A stretch of 64,000 bases of DNA from Phoronis australis (Eukaryota > Animalia > Phoronida), in contig NMRA01000017.1 in the NCBI GenBank assembly GCA_002633005.1, forward strand, positions 144,260 to 208,259, written 5' to 3'. The notes below the pieces were generated by a model, which was not told the DNA's origin, searched no databases, and saw only the letters and a list, made by a program, of their open reading frames with translations. Below are positions 23,701 to 64,000 of this stretch, one piece after another (position 1 is the stretch's first letter; each line of letters opens with the position of its first letter). A program made the position numbers and the translations under genes.

Positions 23701-26076
23701 TTCATTGCCTTCCTTAATAAGTTCTGTCGCTTCATTTTCTCAAAGGTGGGATTGTTGTAGTTTCTCAGCTCCACATACCTCAACCTGATGGTGAAATTGA
23801 TGGTCAATAAGTGTTGCATAATAAGCTTCTTTACTTGTGCTTCACTTAAGTGGAGGGAATTAACTTGTTGCCAGCCACTGCTATCAGGTTCTAATGTTTG
23901 CCATTTAATGTAAAAATCCTTTTCTGACTTTGTACTACACCACAACTGTCTGAGCCACATGCCATAAATTCTACAACATTCTTGTTTTACAGACACCCTT
24001 AGAAGAGCGCACACAAAATGTGAATGGGCACGTGATCCTTGTTTACGGCATTGAGCGAACGATCAACTCTCTCAGCGATCTCCCAACAACGTGGCAAAAC
24101 TACTTCACAAGAGAAGGGTGAGTGAGTAAAAGGACAGAACTGTTTTGTTCTAATGTCTTTATCCATTCTGTGTGTAAATTTCTATACCTTAGGCTGAATT
24201 TACACATGGTTTTCAGTTGAATCCTTGACAAGCAGTGGATGCTTGTTAGAGCTTCCACAAACATGTCTTACTCAATCTTGTGATTGGATACATGTCACGG
24301 TGTAATTGTTGGCTCATTTTATTCTTGCTAGCGTTGTTCAGAAGAGATAAAAATTGCTGATGGTGTGTGCGAGTTGATAGCTGAAGAGTCATGCTTTATT
24401 TATTATTTGGTCTTGAGGCAAAAATGGTTCCTTGGGAAAACTGTCGTGTAGAGAACTATCCACATCTTGGAGACACTTGCTCTTATACTATCCTTGTCTT
24501 CTTCAGACACCTGACCAGCCGTGTACAGGTAGGCTCACCTGTGGCCATGAAACTCATCAGGGTGCCGACACCTATTGAGGAAGGTAAGTTACTGCAAGTT
24601 GTTTGTCCTTAGTTCATTTTGTGACGTCACACCACCTTCAACTCACAACTGAAGTATAAGACCAATGCACTGTGTAGTATGGACTTGTTAAACTGTACTA
24701 CTAACCACTGTTGACTCTTAAATTCTTTCATCCTTTGGTACAGATGAGGAGCCCCCCAAGCCTACATTTGACAAGACAGAGCTGAACTGGGAAGAGGATA
24801 TGGAAATGTACTCAAAGTATCTGGATAGAAAGGTGAGGCTCTCAACTACTGTAGCCATGGGGGTTATACTCCGCGTGTTTGAGGGCTCGAATTCTCAGTC
24901 TTTAAGTGACGTTATTGGCATGAAAACTGACTTTCTGAGATCAGTCGCAGTGCATAATCCAATCTGTAACCTTAGTGGTCACACTCCAACACTCTGCTGT
25001 CGAAACTAAACCACACTTAAAAATGGCGTATTTTAAGTAGTTAAGTCACAGGCCCCAATTTCAGCAAATGGCTGACAAACAATTATGAGAATTGATGATT
25101 CATAATAAAACCACAAACATTATGGATTTTGTTCTGGTTAAAGGTAAAACAACTTCAAGAAGTCTATCACATCCAATGGCATAATCCCCAAAATGCGTTT
25201 GCAGCCATAACACCAATAATGTCCCTTGGTGAATCACTGATTCAGAGACTCTGTGATTTATTCATGGCAAGTAGTCAGATGCCTGATTTCAGTTACTTCG
25301 ACATTAATATCAAATTTTTCTTAGATGATCTGGTGTTGTTGACATGCTATCACAGAGGCTAGCAGTAATGGTATGGTCTTGGTGATTGTTTGGGAATAAA
25401 TAAGTTTTGTTGTACTATTCAGAAATTTTGCGAACATTCAGAAGATAAAAAGGGACTTCATGTCTATGCGTACACTGTGTTGGCCCAATTTCTTAATGAG
25501 GAATATTTCCGATACATTCTTCTTTGTGGTAATTATCCAAATCTTGCAAGAGCAACTTGCTTATTTTACAGGACAGTTAGACCATCAGTAAACAGGCTAA
25601 CAGATTTGGCATACATTGCATGAAAGTTTGAATTTTCTAGTCTTATAAGCATTTGAAGCAATTTCTGCCATATTGTTCTGTGTGTAGATTTACTTCATTT
25701 GGTCTTCATCTAAGCGGGCTTAGTGTTGGAAACTTGTTACAAATACAACAAACAATGTATATTGTCGCATTACTTGACACAACAAATATTTGTCTACTGT
25801 TGTCAGTTCATAATATTCTTCGTATTTCCCCAACAGGCTGAGCTTAAAAATGATCACAACGTCTACATGCGACACCACCCGGAGCTCAAGACCCTATTGG
25901 CTGACTTTATGCAGTTCCTGCTGCTCCGTAAGCCCGACGACGTGACCAGTTTTGCCGCTGAATACTTTTCGTCTTTCTCTACTAGTATGCCTAACATGCC
26001 AGTATATTCGACCTCTACAGCACCGACGCCATTTCCCCCGAGTCGAGCGAATACAAAGATTGTCCCTCCGAAGTAA
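20691..26076 (+). CDS. CATIP: Ciliogenesis-associated TTC17-interacting protein (C2orf62) (spliced gene, first exon not fixed)
   Basis: Nine in-phase exons give EALEFL...FSDALVTTSDTG...GFISEGSNLLLQR...HLTSRVQVGSP...LNWEEDMEMYSKYLDRK...HPELKTLLADFMQFLLLRKPDDVTSFAAEYF, matching my recollection of vertebrate CATIP motifs, including the C-terminal RIIa/DD-like helix pair. Confidence 0.92.
21166..21407 (+). CDS. CATIP: CATIP exon
   Basis: ttctag|AT GAC...GTC AAG|gtacgt. Confidence 0.92.
21871..21957 (+). CDS. CATIP: CATIP exon
   Basis: tttcag|TTG GAA AAT...GGC GCA|gtaagt = LENHPLDRKTFIVKQDNTYVVNKVITQGA. Confidence 0.9.
23035..23095 (+). CDS. CATIP: CATIP exon
   Basis: tggcag|GAT GTA...TCT GAA G|gttagt = DVQRFALTFNQDQMQGFISE. 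Confidence 0.9.
23502..23605 (+). CDS. CATIP: CATIP exon
   Basis: attcag|GC TCC AAC...TTA TAT|gtgagt. Confidence 0.9.
23993..24117 (+). CDS. CATIP: CATIP exon
   Basis: ttacag|ACA CCC...GAA GG|gtgagt = TPLEERTQNVNGHVILVYGIERTI... Confidence 0.9.
24507..24583 (+). CDS. CATIP: CATIP exon
   Basis: cttcag|A CAC CTG...GAA G|gtaagt = HLTSRVQVGSPVAMKLIRVP. Confidence 0.9.
24744..24832 (+). CDS. CATIP: CATIP exon
   Basis: gtacag|AT GAG...AGA AAG|gtgagg = DEEPPKPTFDKTELNWEEDMEMYSKYLDRK. Confidence 0.92.
25837..26076 (+). CDS. CATIP: CATIP last coding exon
   Basis: caacag|GCT GAG CTT...CCG AAG TAA. Confidence 0.92.
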   Translation, partial: AELKNDHNVYMRHHPELKTLLADFMQFLLLRKPDDVTSFAAEYFSSFSTSMPNMPVYSTSTAPTPFPPSRANTKIVPPK

Positions 26077-26553
26077 ACGCAGCCTCTGCTTTGATGTTGG
26101 GCTTGGCATACCTCACCGAAACCACCTATAAAACTGCTGAAAATAGGTCACTGCATATTTGGATCTCAAAACGAGGTGAAAGTTGCCTGCCATTATCAAT
26201 GCAGTTTTGAGCCCTTTGCAGCTTAAGTTATCCAACCGTAATCACCAACATTTTTTCCTTCTAGTTCGGTTTTTCCAAAACTCTTGTGAAAGTATGCACT
26301 TCTGATGAGAGGGACGGAGACTTTTTAAATATTGCATTGTGACAAATCATTGAATTTTGGATGCTAGATAATGTCTAACTTTTTAAGACATTAGACATCT
26401 GTCTGCTGACAACAGTGGATGTTCAGGTCTAATCAGGTCGATATTACCGAGTGAGCACTACACGTTCTGTTTTCTGCTTGTCTGTATATTTACTCACTTT
26501 GTCCTGACTGGTTTTAGCGTTCATTTGGTTTTAAATCAGTTCAGTGAATCTGA

Positions 26554-26948
26554 AGTTCCGTTCACACACAGACTTAGCCTAGAACAACTTGCAATGGACC
26601 TTTCCCAATGTTAGTGGAGCGCCACAGTCTCACATATCCAAGAACTACTGCATGTGGAAGTTGTTGCTTGACAATTTGCAGCTGATGTGAATACGACGTG
26701 CAAAAGAATACGTCTATATGTTACCACTGCTGATCATTACTTCCACCTTGCCCCAGGTTTGCGGCTACACGGCGATACAAAGTGGTACAAGTTACCCTAG
26801 AACAATTTACTCTACCTCGATAAGGTGGAGTAAGTTGTCACAAGTAGGGTAAGTTGCACTAGTTTAGTGTCCACACAACCTCCTAACCTAGTGACAACTC
26901 GTTCCAGGAGCAACTTGTTCTGGTGCTAGTCTGTGTGTGGATGGCACT
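26554..26948. mobile_element. PIF/Harbinger-like MITE in the CATIP 3' region
   Basis: TIRs AGTTCCGTTCACACACAGACT / AGTCTGTGTGTGGATGGCACT, flanks tga and taa. Confidence 0.65.
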
Positions 26949-27329
26949 TAAAAGTCTCGGTGGAGCGGCTGAGTTTTTTCTAAACCCAAGTCAGCCATGT
27001 TGACTGATAAGCCTATTGTAGTGGTGTACAAATCTTTTAGAAACAGGGAGCTTATTTTTCGCTATCACTTGTGGTTTGCAGAATTAGTTAAGTGGAGATG
27101 CTCAAAAACTTATAGATTACCCAGGTGAGCAGGAAGTAGTTCCCTAGTGTTAGCTAAATGTTTGATGTGGGACAGAAAGAAATCTGTCAACACGTCTGTT
27201 CTATTTCAACAAGCATTCAGTTGACTGCGATATTTGTGCACCATTTTTCATTAAACAAAACATGTAGCACTGCAGTGAAAATTGGCCTTTTGTTGCATTT
27301 GATTTAAATATATTATGCTATATTTAATG

Positions 27330-27640
27330 AAAACGAGATTTTTCAACTTTACACGTTTCGATGTCTCATACACCATGATGCAAATGCTGTAGTATTCTGT
27401 ATGGGGCTGAAACAACTAAGGAACTCAACCAGCTGGCTCAAGCCTGAACTGAGTAAACAGCAGGCACACAGCAGGCTTTCACTGGTCTTATAAATCGTTT
27501 TTGATGTTTTGTTGGTATGATGCATGCTGATAGCTCTACTGTACACTGTGTGGATCAAGATTGTTGGATGACCTTGATTGCTGCTCCTGATGATGATGTT
27601 TGAGACATCGAAACATCTTGAAGTTGAAAAATCTCGTTTT
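27330..27640. mobile_element. Inverted repeat with a hammerhead-like core, possible Penelope-like remnant
   Basis: AAAACGAGATTTTTCAACTT..ACGTTTCGATGTCTCA / TGAGACATCGAAACA..AAGTTGAAAAATCTCGTTTT; CTGATGA-T-GATGT-ttgag-ACATC-GAAAC at 27587-27614. Confidence 0.55.
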
Positions 27641-29391
27641 TAACAAATAAAATGTTGTCACTTACTTGTCTTGGTTGATACTATACTATATACTTTAAAT
27701 TAACTTACAAACTTTTTGGATGGAAATGGATTGACCATTATCTGTGATTGGTCTGGAGGTATGCGTTGATGGAATTATTTCTGTTCAAAGTATGATGTCT
27801 TATTTTGTACATAATGTACATAGTGTAGCTATACAACCTATAGGGGGTGCTACTTTTTGTACCTGTGTTAATGACATATATTTATTGTGTAGAGTTGTCT
27901 CAGACATTGACATCTAATTGTAATACAATGTGTTTAAAGTTAACTGGGTATTTGACTAAGTTCTCATACAAATCCAAAGTTAAAAGTGACACTTTACGAC
28001 AACAAATCATGCCAAATAAAATGTGCCAAGTTGAACTGAATTACAGTTTTATCTCAAACATTTAAGTAGTTCTTAGGAGCTTTTTCATTAATTTAAAAGT
28101 ATTTCAATTTTCTTAATGCGTGTTACTATACACTTAATTTTTGCAAATATCTTCGAGGCCAAAGACCTTCAGGTAGGACATTGAATTGGACATGCCTGCG
28201 GAATCATTTTTAAGGTGTCCAAAAGTATTCGGGCTTGTCCATCAGCAAGGTTTTTAAAGCTTTTTGGACCAACCTTTTTCAATACTGAACACCAATTTAG
28301 GAATAACTTTACCCATCCTACTTTTAAGCACTGCATCGCACCCTCGTGGTGTTGCAAGCACTGCATCACACCCTCATGGTGTTGCAAGCACTGCATCACA
28401 TCACACCCTCATGGTGCTGCAAATTTTTCTCACATGATGGTAAAAAGTTGGTAACAGGTGACACTGAAAAACTACATATTGTGTTTTGTGTCAAAACATC
28501 TCAATTTTGGCAATATTTCTTGAAAGCAATGAGTTGAAGAATACTTTCTATTGATTCAACATGTTCAAAGCAAACAGCAATGACTGAAAGTGAATTAAAC
28601 AAAGCCTTTTTCTGCATTTTTGTCCAATATAACTAGTTTAGAGAAAAAAGTGATGATTAGGATATTGATTGAGGGTAGAATATAATGCTGTTACCCTTCA
28701 TAGCCTTAACCCCTCGCCCCCACCTGTTAACAACTATTTTCCCACTGCACCACTGTGTCGACTATATCTGGCTACCACAGCAGTGGCTGGGTCAAGCATT
28801 TGTCAGCCATATTTTATGTTAAATAAGTGAATTTCATAGCTGCAAAGTCAGAAGTGAATTGAAACCATTCTATTTTATGGTCAAGGATCAAAGAAAGTAA
28901 CATATATCAAAATTGTTATATTTCAATGATAATTAATAATTACAATTAGCGTACAGGCGAACTATGCATTAAAACCAGGATTCGCATCCATGACAACCAG
29001 CACAGGTTGCCAAGTTTTCAATTCTCTTTCATTCTCATTTCACCATTTGAAGAACATTTAGTCTAGAATTGTCTCTTAGTCGGATTAAAAGTGAAGTCAT
29101 GATATGTGCACATTCATTTTTAAAGACAAGTAGACAAGTTGGCTTTCCCAGGTTACCACTGGTGAAGGAGATACCATGAGTAGGAGTTTGCAAGGTGAAT
29201 TACAAATCAAAACTGGATGTTTGGGGACAAGACTGGTGTTTGGCGGATTGAGGGGGGGCAAACACCATGTTGTTTTTACTGTTTAAATGGGCCATACTCA
29301 GTGGGGAAGAACTGAGAATACAGACCAGGCACTGCAATTTGTATGCAGTCGTAAGTAGTCATATGACTTGGCAAGATGTTTCATTCCAACT

Positions 29392-61375
<31,984 letters not shown>

Positions 61376-61576
61376 CTAAGAAAACAAAACACCTTCACTA
61401 TTGTAACAAACATAGGGTGAGTGAATGTGTTGTATACTGATAACCCAGGTGAGCATTTTGAGCAAGACTTTTCCTCCAGCACACATGAAGATAACCACTC
61501 TAAAACAGTCAAAAGGCTAGAAAATAAGAATCGAATTAGGACTTTTACCAGGACTCGTAAAATCATTCTCATTTAT

Positions 61577-62445
61577 GGCTGTTCCAGCAAAATCCGTATG
61601 GGAGGGGGGGATGGCAACTGAAATAAAATTCATGGGTGGTGGTCTTCAGAAAAAAACTCAAATTATGGATGGTCGTTCTTGTAAGAAGTAAAGCATTCAA
61701 ACTGGCCCTATTTATTTTTTGACCTGTAAATATTGACAGGTTGGTATTATCAGCCAAACACACTTCAAAAGAAATCAAACCTCACCAAAAATTCACTTAG
61801 CAAATACCCAAACACATCCCAAAACAAAAAACCCATGTTGCTAGTGTACAGACTGCATCACGCTTTAGCAACCCAAGTGAATAAAATACTCAAACTTTGG
61901 CATGTTAAATGAGCAGTAGTGTGCTTAAATCCATTGTGTCATGGCGACAAAGTAGTAAAGAATGATTGATAGCAGTAGTTATGAACATTCAACAGCACCT
62001 GCAGTTCAACAATGTATCTGTCTCTGGTACCACAGTATAGTGAATAGATCACACACGACAGTGGGGTGTTGTACTTAGGCTCTATACAGTGACTTAGATT
62101 AAATCAGGTCATAAGACAAGTCTACCCATAGCATTCAACAATTTATGACTTCACTTTCAATTACTGGATCTCGTAGTGCTGTTCCAGCAAAATCCGTATG
62201 GGAGGGGGGGACGGCAGTTGAAATAAAAATTCATGGTTGGTGGTCTTCAGAAAAAAAACACAAATTATGGGTGGTCGTTCTTGTAAGGAGTAAAGCATTA
62301 AAACTGGTGGTATTTTTTGACCTGTAAATGTTGACAGGTTGGTATTTTCAGCCAAACACATCTCAAAAGAAATCAAAAATAACTTGACAAATACCCAAAC
62401 ATATCCCAAAACAAAAAACCCATGTTGCTAGCGTACACAGTGCAA
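61577..62445 (+). repeat. Two direct copies of a roughly 270-bp repeat (61577-61850, 62178-62440); its head also occurs at about 7228
   Basis: gctgttccagcaaaatccgtatgggaggggggg...aaacccatgttgctag. Confidence 0.8.
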
Positions 62446-63316
62446 TATGTACACTATGCCATTAATGAAGTCATGGGCAACATGATTGCAAGCACATGTT
62501 GTCCTGCAGTCATATTAGAATGAAAATTTCTGCAACACTGAACTGGTGTTAACACGAGAAAATTGATGATTTTTAAATAAAAAGTATGAGGAGTAAGCTA
62601 GACAAGTTCCAATATTCACTTGGCACAGCAATCTAAAAGCGTTCGTGGAGACAGTTTGAGATTCATAGATCCATGAAATTGAAAAAATCTTATTGAAATT
62701 ACAGAGACACCTGGTGGCTGCCAAAAGTATTGCTCACAGGTGTCTTTGAAAAGCAAGTTTCTGGTAAATGATATGAGTTGTGATCTCACATGGAATTTTT
62801 CTGCACCCACAAAAACTTTGTAGTCAGTTCGTCTGTCATTATCATTTCTTGTCCGTCAATTATCTCAAGAACCGCTTGGCGGATCATGATGAAATTTGGT
62901 ATAGAGGTACTTGGCAAGGATGCATGCCTGCACCAGTCGATTTCTGGGCGGATTTGGCAACCTTGGTACACCATGCTGGCTGCTTTAGTTTTCGACAAGC
63001 CATTCCTTGTATGTTGATTATCTCAAAAACTGCTTCACTGATGACGATGAAATTCGAAACAGAAGTATATCGCAAAAACGTGCCCGCACCAGTAAATTTT
63101 TGGAACCTGGATTCACTGCTGTGTCACCTCGTTAGTTTTCGACTGCTCAAGTCATTGCTTGTCCGCGATTATCTTGAAACCGCTTAATGGTTCATGATGA
63201 TACTTTGATCATAATCAAATCTGGTATAGAGGTAATCGGCATGGATGCGCCAGCTCCGTAAATTACTTTGAAACCGCTTGACGGATCTTGATGACATTTG
63301 GCATAGAGATAGACAG

Positions 63317-64000
63317 CTGGTACACGTGCACATCGCCTGTGGCTGGTACACGTGCACATCGCCTGTGGCTGGTCCACGTGCACATCGCCTGTGGCTGGTA
63401 CATGTGCACATCGCCTGTGGCTGGTACACGTGCAAATCGCCTGTGGCTGATGCACGTGCACTTCGTCTGTGGCAGGTACACGTGCACATTGTATGTGACT
63501 GGTACACGTGCACATTGTCTGTGACTGGTACACATTCACATTGTCTGTGACTGGTACACGTGCACATCGCCTGTGGCTGGTACACGTGCACATCGCCTGT
63601 GGCTGGTACACGTGCACATCGCCTGTGGCTGGTACACGTAAACATCGCCTGTGGCTGGTACACGTGCACATCATCTGTGACTGGTACACCTGCACATCGC
63701 CTGTGGCTGGTACACGTGCACATCGCCTGTGGCTGGTACACGTGCACATCGCCAGTGGCTGGTGCACGTGCACATCGCCTGTGGCTGGTACACGTGCACA
63801 TCTCCTGTGATTGGTACACGTGCACAATGTCTGTGACTGGTACACGTGCACATTGTATGTGACTGGTACACGTGCACATTGTATGTGACTGGTACACATT
63901 CACATTGTCTGTGACTGGTACACATGCACATTGTCTGTGACTGGTACACGTGCACATTGTATGTGACTGGTACACATTCACATTGTCTGTGACTGGTACA
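63317..64000. repeat. Minisatellite, 26-bp unit ctggtacacgtgcacatcgcctgtgg
   Basis: About 26 units up to the window end; explains the repetitive ORFs in the ORF track. Confidence 0.95.

Noticed and set aside
63038-63062. CTGATGA...CGAAAC as a second hammerhead
   Set aside because: Stem II does not pair properly and the site lies within a DINE-like core repeat; probably chance.
63184-63981. Cys/His-rich ORFs up to 265 aa
   Set aside because: Translation of the 26-bp satellite in several frames; no evidence of coding.

Overview
Eukaryotic (invertebrate-like, AT-rich, gapped scaffold) genomic DNA with three spliced protein-coding genes. (1) BARD1 on + (RING, ankyrin repeats, tandem BRCT; exons 3867-14718; first exon not found and one exon probably lost in the N-gap). 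(2) CATIP/C2orf62 on + (exons 20691-26076; first exon uncertain). (3) The 3' part of a type-II (otoferlin-like) ferlin on - (14 exons, 61375-29392, continuing beyond the window). Introns are crowded with non-autonomous transposons: a Tc2/pogo-like TIR family (5 copies), Kolobok-like elements, Helentron/DINE-like elements with internal tandem arrays, a frameshifted piggyBac remnant, solo LTRs, MITEs and satellites. The most striking pattern is that at least seven exon/intron junctions have themselves been tandemly amplified into unrelated minisatellites, giving arrays of decoy splice sites usually guarded by an immediate in-frame stop or mutated GT/AG. Also notable are arrays of CTCF-like motifs carried by one repeat family, a branched 240-bp palindrome, a hammerhead-like inverted repeat downstream of CATIP, a coding CDK-site minisatellite in BARD1 and a poly-lysine insert in the last ferlin C2 domain. 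All calls were made by eye; no alignments or searches were run.
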